Part shown: positions 12,056 through 23,700 of the stretch, one piece after another
How positions within the stretch are numbered: position 1 is the stretch's first letter
Layout: every line of letters starts with the position of its first letter
NCBI GenBank assembly: GCA_963693365.1
Contig: CAVNZM010000001.1
Span: 928,054-992,053, forward strand
Direction: 5' to 3'
DNA from: Amoebidium appalachense
Lineage: Eukaryota > Protista > Ichthyosporea
Length of the DNA: 64,000 bases
The notes under the pieces: generated by a model
What the model saw: the letters and a program-made list of their open reading frames with translations, nothing else
Database searches by the model: none
Told to the model about the DNA's origin: nothing
Translations under genes and position numbers: made by a program

Positions 12056-14679
12056 CATCAACCTGGCCGTCACCTACAACGGAGTAACATCAGTACTGAG
12101 CCTCAACACCCTCTATGTACCCGACTCCCCAGCCTTCCTGATATCACCCTCAATGGCCTCCAAGTCGGGTCTCCTTGCCCACCTAGATGATGAGGATGAA
12201 TTCCCATCCTACCTCTACACTCGTGGTGGCAACATCGTGTGTTCCCTCACAGGCACAGATGGACTGTACTTCATCACCGACTATGAGATACGTCCCTCCA
12301 TCCCTCGGACCGTCACTGCTCTGGTAGCCAACGTCAAGGTCAGCAATGATCCTCAGCTCTGGCACCACCGTCTCGGCCATCGTGCCCTGTCCACCCTCAC
12401 CAAGATGGTGAGAGGTGACCTCGTGACAGGCCTCCCCTCATCCCTCTCAGTGGCTGACACCACTGACTGCTTCGGTTGTGTCTCCGGCAAGACCACCAAG
12501 GCACCATTCTCCGGCACCAGAACCCAGTGCCCCTTCCCCGGTGCCAAGTGGCACATGGACTTCTTCGAGCCTCCCTGTGCCTCCTATGGTGGCTACAAGG
12601 TGGCCCTCGTGTGTACCTGTGATGCCTCCGGCTACACCATCGTGTACCTCCTCCGTGATCGATCCGAAACTCTCGAATACGTCAAGGCCCTGGTTGAGAC
12701 TACTGACAAGCAACCCGACAAGGTGGTGACCCACTTCCGTTCAGACTCTGGATCCGAGTTCACCTCCCATGCTATGGAGCAGTACTGCCAGTCCAAGGGC
12801 ATCATTCAGGATTTTGCCCCGGTTGACTGCCCCCAACTCAACGGCTTCGTTGAACGTAAGATGAGGGATCTGCAGGAGATCGTTCGGTGCTTCCTTCATC
12901 AGGACAAGGCCGACTCCCTTTCCCCCAAGCTGTGGGGAGCTGCTCTCAAGCATGCTGCCTACATCATCAACGTGACCCCGGCCAGAGCTGCCAATGGCCG
13001 TACACCGTTTGAAATTTTCTACGATGTCAAGCCTGACATCTCCCACCTGCACGTGTTCGGCTGCCCAGCCTATGTACACGTCCCTGCATCCAAACGAGAC
13101 AAGTTGGCCTCTACCGTCAAACTCGGCACCTACGTGGGCTGGGATATCACCAACAAAGCCCACAAGATCATGAATCTACGTGGCAACACGGTCAACCTCT
13201 ACCGCGATGTCGTCTTCGACGAATCACAATTCACCACGGCATCCAATCAGATTTCTGTGCAGGCCACCAATCAGACGACCTCAATCGATCCATCCCTGCA
13301 TTCCGGAAATTCCAATTCCGATGACGATGACATTCCGTCGGTGATTATCCGTCGTTCCCCCCGTCGTGTACCTGCCCCCGTGGCTCCACCCACCCCCCCC
13401 CCCCCACCGGCCAGCAACCCCTGCTGCCGGCCCCTGCCGTCAATGACCACGTACCTGGTCATGTCACCCCGGTTCGTCCTGGGTCTCCGGAGTTCCACTC
13501 GGCCCCGTCCAGCCCCGTGTTATCCGACTCCCCCCTCAACACGGCACCCATCCCTGGCTTCCAGGCCCCCATCCCCGACCACCGAGTGTCTGTCCCAGAC
13601 ACCCCCCCGGCCCCTGAGCCCCTCCGTACCGTCCCCCGTCGTTCCTCCCATCTCTCCTCCCGGCCTGCCATGGCTATGGTGAGCATCTCCCGACCCAGCC
13701 TTGATGTGTCTCAGCTGCCCCGGTCAATTCAGAAGCTGTGCTCCGGCACCAAGGGTGATGAAGTGGTGACTGCCCTCACTGCCGAGTACAAGGCTTTCAT
13801 CGACAAGGACATTTTCGACGTAGTTGAGCCCCCCTCCGATGCCAACATCATCCGATTCAAGTGGATTGTCACGGAGAAGGTCCTCAACTCTGCTGGTGAC
13901 ACCAAGATCAAGGGTCGTGGTGTGGCCAAGGGTTTCACCCAAGTCTACGGTGTTGACTACGTTGAAAACTCTTCCCCCCGTCGTCATGTCCTCCTCCGTC
14001 CGTGCCCTGCTTGCCCTCGGTGTGCAACAGGACCACGAGATCCATCAACTCGACATCAGCACGGCCTTCCTCAACAGCCCCCTCGACGAGACTTTGTACA
14101 TGGAGCAACCTCCTGGTTTTATCCTCCCTGGCAATGAACACAAAGTCTTGAAACTCAAGAAGGCCATCTACGGACTCAAGCAGGCATCCCTGGCATGGTA
14201 CGAGTTCTTCAACTCCATTCTCATTGCCCACGGCCTCACCCTTCACCGTTCCGATCCGTGTGTCTACTTCCGTCAGTTCCCCAACGGGCACATCATCCGT
14301 TCGGGCAACTACGTTGATGATGCCATCATCACCTGCACACGGCACTCCACCATCATGCAGGGGCTTGTTCGTCACATCACGAAGTCTGCCGAGTGCAAGG
14401 TTGGTCTGCCAGACATCTTCCTCGGCACCCAACTGCTGTACACCCGGGACTCCCTCAAGCTGCTGCAGTCCCCAACAGCAACAGCAAGGTGCCCATCCTT
14501 GAGTGCTACTCGGATTCTGACTTTGCTGGTTGCCCCACCACCCGTCGTTCCACGTCTGGGTACGTCATCCTCCTCGAAGGCACCCCCGTCACCTACCACT
14601 CCAAGCTGCAGACGATCACTGCAACTTCCACCTGTGAGGCCGAGCTCCTGGCCCTCAATGCTGCTGTGCAAGATGTTGT

Positions 14680-15038
14680 AAGTATAAGTATTTGGGATGT
14701 AAGCAGAGACACAGTGGTGCAGTGTGAAAACACCACAGACACACACAACAACAAAACACGGTAATAGCATAACTATAACCAGAGATATTTATGTACACAC
14801 GAACATGTACACGTCTCTCCCTGAGTGGGTGGATCCGTGTACACACATATAAAGGTTCTAATCGATATCACAATACACGATTAAAGCCGATACAACACGA
14901 TTACAAGTATACAAGCATATCGGAGATCGATGCTACACTTTACATAATAGGAGTGTGGCATTTACACTAAGCATATGAACTGAAACATAACACAAACTGA
15001 GAAGATCTTACCATATGTAAATACTACGTATTACAACA
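14680..15038 (-). mobile_element. Internally deleted solo LTR A1 in RNase H, probable TSD GTTGT
   Basis: Host reads VQDVVWHRD once it is removed; about 560 bp of the LTR core is missing. Confidence 0.8.
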
Positions 15039-16084
15039 GTTGTCTGGCACCGTGATCTACTAAAGGAGCTGGGCTACCCCATGACCGAGCCCACCCCCGT
15101 GTACTGTCACAATCAGTCCACCATTGCTCTGGTCCACTCCAACACCATCAAGCACCAGACCAAGCACATTGCCGTTCGTTACTTCAACACCAAGGACTAC
15201 ATCAACAGTGGGGACGTCACTGTCACCTACATCGACACCAAGAAGAACCTGGCCGACATCTTCACCAAGCCTCTGGCTGGTCCGGCCCACGACACACACC
15301 GTGCCAACCTCAGTCTCCGTGACTGACCCGTGCACTGGTGTTCATCATCGAGTGGTTTCTGAGTAGGTTGGGGCCCTGGACAGCAGTTGACACACCTACG
15401 GTGATCAAGATGCCTCCCAACGAAAGTCTACTACTCCTCATCGTTTCTCATCATCAGTGGGGACTCTGTCTTACATCGTCATGTGTGTGCATCTTCAGTG
15501 GGGATTATTCTCCACCATCCGTCGTTTATTTATATTCATATCCCACCATATATATTGGTTTTCTTCTTTATTCGACTTTATATATATGTCGAACTGGGAT
15601 TGCGTCCCAGTATAAATAATTATCTATAGCCATGGCGTGCTGGTTGACTGCGAGTCTAAACCTAGTCCACGGGATGCACCTTCCCCGTGTCTTAACTGGT
15701 TGACAACCAGTCTATAAATCAGTCCACAAGATGTTCATGCCTTGTGTTTACCTGGGTGGTCCCCAGTATAAAACATTAGCCACCAACACGTCACACATAC
15801 ACTAGTGTTTCCTCTATATATATATATCGACGATAACCACCATGATTTATTGTTCCGAGTCTTCCGAGGCAACCGTCGTTGTGTGCCTCTTCAGTTTTGA
15901 TTCTCTCCTTCCCACCTCAAGGATCTTCGGTTTGCATCCTCGAGTGGGGAAACTTGAGTGTGACGACCCCTCCAGTGTTTCGACCTCATCTACCGTCACA
16001 TCAACAGACACGAGAACACAAACTTCAACCCCTTGAGTGGGGATGTTGTCACCATGTATGACAGCAAGAGCCTTGAAGTATGTA

Positions 16085-19000
16085 AAGGGCCTCCCCCCCG
16101 GGACACTCGACGATAAAATCAGCTACATACAACAACAGACAAACAACCACACGTTTACAGTGATTTGCGAAACACAGTTTAAAAACCACCACAAATTCAA
16201 CTCTACATTGGTCGACACATCCACACACCCCGGTTACGCGAAAAACCGAGGCATTATTGTACTTGCCGCACCACACGTGAGAGTGAAGTGCAAACCGGTA
16301 GCAAAAACGGAATTCTCGGTTTCTATAGAGTTTCTTTCTAATGTTTTTACTTTTGTATATTACCCACCATCTATGTCGGTTGTCGAATTGACTCACGAGT
16401 TGTCACAGTTACCAATGTCCACTGTTATTTTAGGTGATTTTAACACGCGACTCCACCACACAGACACACTGCAAGTGAGTGTCGGGTACCCATCTAAGCC
16501 CCCGGAGCGTGCTATCCCTTTAGCAAGGTATGTCCAAAGTCACACTTTGCGGTTCCCTCAAATATCCCATGCCCACAACACCGACTGGGGAGTGGCCTTT
16601 TGGCCATCAACCATGTCAAAACTCTCTCTCCCTCCTAACCTCTCTAGGTCATCTGACCACTCTCCTATCCTTTTCCTACCTAAGATCTCCCTTGATCTGC
16701 TCCCCCCTCCCCCTCCCACCTTTCGCCTCCGTCTATCCCAGCTTAAGTCACAGTGGGGTAGAGTTGATGTATGTGTATGCTATGCTACGAAACACCCTAT
16801 ATATATGCGCCTATTAGAATCTGCACAAGCCAGGCCAGATTCACATCTCGTACTAGATACATGCACTAACTTTATTGTTGATGATTTGATAGATCTCGGT
16901 GATTATGCTGGCGGTGGTAGGAAGGAATATCCCGATGCTCTCTTGTTACCAAACACCACTCCCGCTAGACTAGGTGAACCCCTGTCTCAAAAGGAAAGCT
17001 TGCGCCGGCTTGCTAGTATGAATCGATTTGGCCCCCCTGCTCGTATTATTGGTGATACCACTGGAGACCCCCTCATAGACTCTGATAAGTATTTCTCGGA
17101 ACTGTTTAAAGATAGGACCCCCGCTCAGAAACCTATTGTGTGGCCTGTAGACCCATCTATCCCCATAGAATCGATCCTCCCCTTTTTCAGTCCCGATGCC
17201 ATATGGTCTGTGATATCTAGTTATAGCTCTAGTAAGTCTTGTGGACCTGATGGACTCCCTGCTGGGTTTCTTAAAATCCTTGTTCCCTCCTACCCACAAA
17301 AGGAAAGTGATCGTGCTATTAAACCTGATCTTACTATCATGTTAAGCTCTCTCTTTTCTTGGTGTGTTAAATGTGGACATGTCCCGTCATCTTGGTTAGA
17401 TACCTTAGTGATCCCCATAGTTAAGAAGGACTCTGAGGGCCCCATATCATCCTTTCGCCCCATTACACTAACCCAGGTTGTTCGTAGATTCTTTGAAGCT
17501 TGCTTACTTAGGTTATTTGCACATCACCCTAGGTTTCAATCTATTCTTCACATACACCCATGCCAATCCGCTTTTCGTAAAAACAATTCATGTTATGTTC
17601 AAATAATGGCACTGCACGATTCTATGCAAGTTGGTGCACAATATGTTGGCTTTATTGATTGGAAAACTGCTTACGATTCTGTCTCCCCTGGTCTCCTATG
17701 GGAAAAGCTTGCTGCACGGGGTGTACCACACTGCATTGGTGTTCTGTTAGAAGCACTCTTGTCTCAAACCTATGGTAGAGCTGTGGTTAATGGGCATCTT
17801 TCATATGGTTTTGCTCGTACTAGAGGTCTCTTGCAGGGTTCATTGCTTAGCCCCTTTTTGTTTAACCTATTTATAGATGATTTGGCTGTCAAGATTTACG
17901 CCGAAAACGATGACCCTATTAATAACTTTCCGCCTGCACTTCTCTATGCTGATGATCTGTCCCTCCTTGCCCGTACCCCTAGACGCCTGCAAAGATTGTT
18001 CGATGTAGTGTCAGAGTGGTGCAAGGCAAACCTTATGATCCTTAACATAGACAAATGTGGTGTTCTTGTACCTGATATAGCTAACAATTTACACACATTT
18101 ACATTATCATCTAAACCTGTACCTATAGTTCCAGAATACAAATATCTTGGTGTTCCGGTTGATTCTGTTGGTGTTATGTTTCCCCATATGGTCGAAAAGA
18201 GGGTAGAGTTGGCTCGTAAGCGGTTAGCTTTCTTCTCGGCTAATATTTTTAAAGACACACCCCTCCATCCTTCTATTAGACTTACATTTATTCGCACTTT
18301 TGTCTTCCCGGCATGTGAATATGGTTTACCCCTTCTCGCCGCTTGGATCAAGAAAGAGAGAACTAGAGCGCTTAAACCCTTGGCAAATTTCCTTGAAGCA
18401 GAAGTTGCCTCCTTTCTATCTAACAACTGTTGTAAACCTGGGCCTGTAACGCTCTCGATATATGGTCTGGTCCCAATAGCTGCTAGAGTATCCTATCTCG
18501 CGCTGAAATTCAATAAGCACATAAGCCGCTTAAAGAAGTATTTGCCCTCCCACCCTCTCTTCTCTATCCGACCTGTCCCCTCCTCACCTCTCCCCTCTTT
18601 CCTCCCCTCTCTCTCCCCTTCTCCCCTGGGCACAAATACAAATAAACCCCGCAATAGTGTGTGTGTGACTTTGGACTGCCACTTACTTATTAAACATGTA
18701 CACAATCACAAGATAATCACGCAATATAACAAATGGAAAAAGATACCACACGACACTAGACCCGATGAAAGCATACACCTTGAAAAACTAAGCCTTATGT
18801 CTCGTTTTATATATACTGACCGCCTCAACCATATTGCCAAATATGGCACTCGCAAGTGTATAACACCTAAATACATATTACCTTCCTGTAGAACTGGTCT
18901 TTCTCTAGCTGATGGTATTATTGATCAATTACCACGCTTTTACTGTACACGTGCTATACAGTGGAGATCTAATAAGTATAAGGTGGCATCATTTGCATGC

Positions 19001-19228
19001 CCAAACAACACACACACACACCAGTTTAACCGGTCATGTATCGCCAAATGTAGTTTGATAGACCACATAATACCGCAACACACACACGTCACATTCACAA
19101 CAGACACCCAGAAAGATAGCCTACCTGTAAATTACAACATCCTTGATTTTATACTAAACACGCGTAACTACGACCTGTTTATTAGATGTATTGATTGGCT
19201 TGAGAAACACATCACTACAAAATTATAG
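16085..19228 (+). CDS. LINE ORF2 (APE endonuclease + RT) lacking the first ~17 codons
   Basis: ICETQ, ILGDFN, SDHSPI; IDWKTAYDSV, GLLQGSLLSP, YADD, YKYLG. Confidence 0.88.
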   Translation, partial: KGLPPGTLDDKISYIQQQTNNHTFTVICETQFKNHHKFNSTLVDTSTHPGYAKNRGIIVLAAPHVRVKCKPVAKTEFSVSIEFLSNVFTFVYYPPSMSVVELTHELSQLPMSTVILGDFNTRLHHTDTLQVSVGYPSKPPERAIPLARYVQSHTLRFPQISHAHNTDWGVAFWPSTMSKLSLPPNLSRSSDHSPILFLPKISLDLLPPPPPTFRLRLSQLKSQWGRVDVCVCYATKHPIYMRLLESAQARPDSHLVLDTCTNFIVDDLIDLGDYAGGGRKEYPDALLLPNTTPARLGEPLSQKESLRRLASMNRFGPPARIIGDTTGDPLIDSDKYFSELFKDRTPAQKPIVWPVDPSIPIESILPFFSPDAIWSVISSYSSSKSCGPDGLPAGFLKILVPSYPQKESDRAIKPDLTIMLSSLFSWCVKCGHVPSSWLDTLVIPIVKKDSEGPISSFRPITLTQVVRRFFEACLLRLFAHHPRFQSILHIHPCQSAFRKNNSCYVQIMALHDSMQVGAQYVGFIDWKTAYDSVSPGLLWEKLAARGVPHCIGVLLEALLSQTYGRAVVNGHLSYGFARTRGLLQGSLLSPFLFNLFIDDLAVKIYAENDDPINNFPPALLYADDLSLLARTPRRLQRLFDVVSEWCKANLMILNIDKCGVLVPDIANNLHTFTLSSKPVPIVPEYKYLGVPVDSVGVMFPHMVEKRVELARKRLAFFSANIFKDTPLHPSIRLTFIRTFVFPACEYGLPLLAAWIKKERTRALKPLANFLEAEVASFLSNNCCKPGPVTLSIYGLVPIAARVSYLALKFNKHISRLKKYLPSHPLFSIRPVPSSPLPSFLPSLSPSPLGTNTNKPRNSVCVTLDCHLLIKHVHNHKIITQYNKWKKIPHDTRPDESIHLEKLSLMSRFIYTDRLNHIAKYGTRKCITPKYILPSCRTGLSLADGIIDQLPRFYCTRAIQWRSNKYKVASFACPNNTHTHQFNRSCIAKCSLIDHIIPQHTHVTFTTDTQKDSLPVNYNILDFILNTRNYDLFIRCIDWLEKHITTKL

Positions 19229-19232
19229 CGCA

Positions 19233-19235
<3 letters not shown>

Positions 19236-19299
<64 letters not shown>

Positions 19300-19331
19300 C
19301 CAGCTGATACCTAGTGTCCCGAGGGGAGCCC

Positions 19332-19365
<34 letters not shown>
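19236..19365 (+). repeat. (CA)n microsatellite and A30 tract in the LINE 3' UTR
   Basis: Visible directly; mirrored at 20559-20712. Confidence 0.95.
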
Positions 19366-19366
<1 letters not shown>

Positions 19367-19627
19367 GGGGAACCCCAACTAATTGATTTCTCCTTGTAGT
19401 CTTTATGGTGTCTCGTAGAGAAAGTAAACCCTGATATATAGTCACCACCCGACATCTATGTACGTGATCATGATATACCGCTGAGGGGATATTCCGAGCA
19501 AAACCCCCCCCCCATACCTGAGACTGGTTCTCTTTGCCTCGAGTAAACAGCGTAAACCCCAAGTATGTATGTGTCTTAGCTTGTTTGTATTCGTGTCTGC
19601 TTTCCTTCTTTGTGCTCTTTCTCTTTT

Positions 19628-19632
<5 letters not shown>

Positions 19633-19695
<63 letters not shown>

Positions 19696-19714
19696 CCCCC
19701 CCCCCCCCCCCCCC
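19633..19714 (+). repeat. (CT)n microsatellite and poly(C) within LTR-C
   Basis: Visible directly. Confidence 0.95.
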
Positions 19715-20555
19715 GGTATCTTTCTCTCCCTTGTTTCTGTGAGCACAGATATCTGTAGATCTGTGCACACCTGGCTCTCTTGCCTGATAAGAACTTAGTG
19801 TGTTTTATTTCTGTTTGCTCTCCTCTGTTTATCTGAGAGGTAGCGTGATTGGCTAGCTACACTCGTTGTCTTTCCTTTATTTCAAAATGGCTTAGTTTTG
19901 TTCTCAAAAGGATGGCTCGCCAATAGTCGCGAGCGAGTACATCTGTAGATCGTGTTGTGCATTCCTGTCTATTAATATATGTGTGTTGTGATTGGACAAT
20001 AGATATATATGGAATTCGGTTTATTGCAAAGTGTCTTCACTTTGAGAGTGTCGACTATTAGGAAATATATGTATTTAAATAAGTTTCTTTATAGAGACGA
20101 ACATAAATATATATGTGAGTTAATAGTGACTAGATGTATAATTACTTAATTTATTTAAGTAAGAGTTTCTAAACTTTAATCGGAAGTTGGAATGCGTATG
20201 CTCTGTCGGAATGTGTTTTTCTATCTTCTGATAGAACCGATTGGTTCTCCCTCTTTAGTTGTGATAAGGTGATAAGTCGCAAGTACAAAAGGAACCGAGA
20301 GCACAATAAAGAATCAGTTGTTGTTTCTTCATTTCGTGTTTTAGCAGTTAGCGGTTGGCTGGGGGGGTTTACGCTGTTTACTCGAGGCAAAGAGAACCAG
20401 TCTCAGGTATGGGGGGGGGGGGTTTGCTCGGAATATCCCCTCAGCGGTATATCATGATCACGTACATAGATGTCGGGTGGTGACTATATATCAGGGTTTA
20501 CTTTCTCTGCGAGACACCATAAAGACTACAAGGAGAAATCAATTAGTTGGGGTTC

Positions 20556-20614
<59 letters not shown>

Positions 20615-20646
20615 GGGCTCCCCTCGGGACACTCGGTATCAGCTGG

Positions 20647-20701
<55 letters not shown>

Positions 20702-20721
20702 TGTGTGTGTGTGCGCGTGCG

Positions 20722-23700
20722 CTATAATTTTGTAGTGATGTGTTTCTCAAGCCAATCAATACATCTAATAAACAGGTCGTAGTTACGCGTGTTTAGTATA
20801 AAATCAAGGATGTTGTAATTTACAGGTAGGCTATCTTTCTGGGTGTCTGTTGTGAATGTGACGTGTGTGTGTTGCGGTATTATGTGGTCTATCAAACTAC
20901 ATTTGGCGATACATGACCGGTTAAACTGGTGTGTGTGTGTGTTGTTTGGGCATGCAAATGATGCCACCTTATACTTATTAGATCTCCACTGTATAGCACG
21001 TGTACAGTAAAAGCGTGGTAATTGATCAATAATACCATCAGCTAGAGAAAGACCAGTTCTACAGGAAGGTAATATGTATTTAGGTGTTATACACTTGCGA
21101 GTGCCATATTTGGCAATATGGTTGAGGCGGTCAGTATATATAAAACGAGACATAAGGCTTAGTTTTTCAAGGTGTATGCTTTCATCGGGTCTAGTGTCGT
21201 GTGGTATCTTTTTCCATTTGTTATATTGCGTGATTATCTTGTGATTGTGTACATGTTTAATAAGTAAGTGGCAGTCCAAAGTCACACACACACTATTGCG
21301 GGGTTTATTTGTATTTGTGCCCAGGGGAGAAGGGGAGAGAGAGGGGAGGAAAGAGGGGAGAGGTGAGGAGGGGACAGGTCGGATAGAGAAGAGAGGGTGG
21401 GAGGGCAAATACTTCTTTAAGCGGCTTATGTGCTTATTGAATTTCAGCGCGAGATAGGATACTCTAGCAGCTATTGGGACCAGACCATATATCGAGAGCG
21501 TTACAGGCCCAGGTTTACAACAGTTGTTAGATAGAAAGGAGGCAACTTCTGCTTCAAGGAAATTTGCCAAGGGTTTAAGCGCTCTAGTTCTCTCTTTCTT
21601 GATCCAAGCGGCGAGAAGGGGTAAACCATATTCACATGCCGGGAAGACAAAAGTGCGAATAAATGTAAGTCTAATAGAAGGATGGAGGGGTGTGTCTTTA
21701 AAAATATTAGCCGAGAAGAAAGCTAACCGCTTACGAGCCAACTCTACCCTCTTTTCGACCATATGGGGAAACATAACACCAACAGAATCAACCGGAACAC
21801 CAAGATATTTGTATTCTGGAACTATAGGTACAGGTTTAGATGATAATGTAAATGTGTGTAAATTGTTAGCTATATCAGGTACAAGAACACCACATTTGTC
21901 TATGTTAAGGATCATAAGGTTTGCCTTGCACCACTCTGACACTACATCGAACAATCTTTGCAGGCGTCTAGGGGTACGGGCAAGGAGGGACAGATCATCA
22001 GCATAGAGAAGTGCAGGCGGAAAGTTATTAATAGGGTCATCGTTTTCGGCGTAAATCTTGACAGCCAAATCATCTATAAATAGGTTAAACAAAAAGGGGC
22101 TAAGCAATGAACCCTGCAAGAGACCTCTAGTACGAGCAAAACCATATGAAAGATGCCCATTAACCACAGCTCTACCATAGGTTTGAGACAAGAGTGCTTC
22201 TAACAGAACACCAATGCAGTGTGGTACACCCCGTGCAGCAAGCTTTTCCCATAGGAGACCAGGGGAGACAGAATCGTAAGCAGTTTTCCAATCAATAAAG
22301 CCAACATATTGTGCACCAACTTGCATAGAATCGTGCAGTGCCATTATTTGAACATAACATGAATTGTTTTTACGAAAAGCGGATTGGCATGGGTGTATGT
22401 GAAGAATAGATTGAAACCTAGGGTGATGTGCAAATAACCTAAGTAAGCAAGCTTCAAAGAATCTACGAACAACCTGGGTTAGTGTAATGGGGCGAAAGGA
22501 TGATATGGGGCCCTCAGAGTCCTTCTTAACTATGGGGATCACTAAGGTATCTAACCAAGATGACGGGACATGTCCACATTTAACACACCAAGAAAAGAGA
22601 GAGCTTAACATGATAGTAAGATCAGGTTTAATAGCACGATCACTTTCCTTTTGTGGGTAGGAGGGAACAAGGATTTTAAGAAACCCAGCAGGGAGTCCAT
22701 CAGGTCCACAAGACTTACTAGAGCTATAACTAGATATCACAGACCATATGGCATCGGGACTGAAAAAGGGGAGGATCGATTCTATGGGGATAGATGGGTC
22801 TACAGGCCACACAATAGGTTTCTGAGCGGGGGTCCTATCTTTAAACAGTTCCGAGAAATACTTATCAGAGTCTATGAGGGGGTCTCCAGTGGTATCACCA
22901 ATAATACGAGCAGGGGGGCCAAATCGATTCATACTAGCAAGCCGGCGCAAGCTTTCCTTTTGAGACAGGGGTTCACCTAGTCTAGCGGGAGTGGTGTTTG
23001 GTAACAAGAGAGCATCGGGATATTCCTTCCTACCACCGCCAGCATAATCACCGAGATCTATCAAATCATCAACAATAAAGTTAGTGCATGTATCTAGTAC
23101 GAGATGTGAATCTGGCCTGGCTTGTGCAGATTCTAATAGGCGCATATATATAGGGTGTTTCGTAGCATAGCATACACATACATCAACTCTACCCCACTGT
23201 GACTTAAGCTGGGATAGACGGAGGCGAAAGGTGGGAGGGGGAGGGGGGAGCAGATCAAGGGAGATCTTAGGTAGGAAAAGGATAGGAGAGTGGTCAGATG
23301 ACCTAGAGAGGTTAGGAGGGAGAGAGAGTTTTGACATGGTTGATGGCCAAAAGGCCACTCCCCAGTCGGTGTTGTGGGCATGGGATATTTGAGGGAACCG
23401 CAAAGTGTGACTTTGGACATACCTTGCTAAAGGGATAGCACGCTCCGGGGGCTTAGATGGGTACCCGACACTCACTTGCAGTGTGTCTGTGTGGTGGAGT
23501 CGCGTGTTAAAATCACCTAAAATAACAGTGGACATTGGTAACTGTGACAACTCGTGAGTCAATTCGACAACCGACATAGATGGTGGGTAATATACAAAAG
23601 TAAAAACATTAGAAAGAAACTCTATAGAAACCGAGAATTCCGTTTTTGCTACCGGTTTGCACTTCACTCTCACGTGTGGTGCGGCAAGTACAATAATGCC

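Larger units (their letters stand above)
8981..15326 (+). pseudogene. Copia C gag-PR-IN-RT-RNaseH, disrupted by three LTR-A insertions, frameshifts and an RT deletion
   Basis: CAYCHEDHHVTQC; WHMDFF...SDSGSEF...VER; QLDISTAFL; YGLKQA; YVDD; YSDSDFA; KHIAVRY; ADIFTK. Confidence 0.88.
16085..19560 (+). mobile_element. 5'-truncated LINE (copy 1) in the copia C 3' LTR, TSD AAGTATGTA
   Basis: TSD at 16076-16084 and 19561-19569; near-identical to copy 2. Confidence 0.9.

Noticed and set aside
19300-19480. Hammerhead ribozyme in the LINE 3' UTR
   Set aside because: CTGATA is present, but there is no CTGANGA...GAAA core with proper stems.
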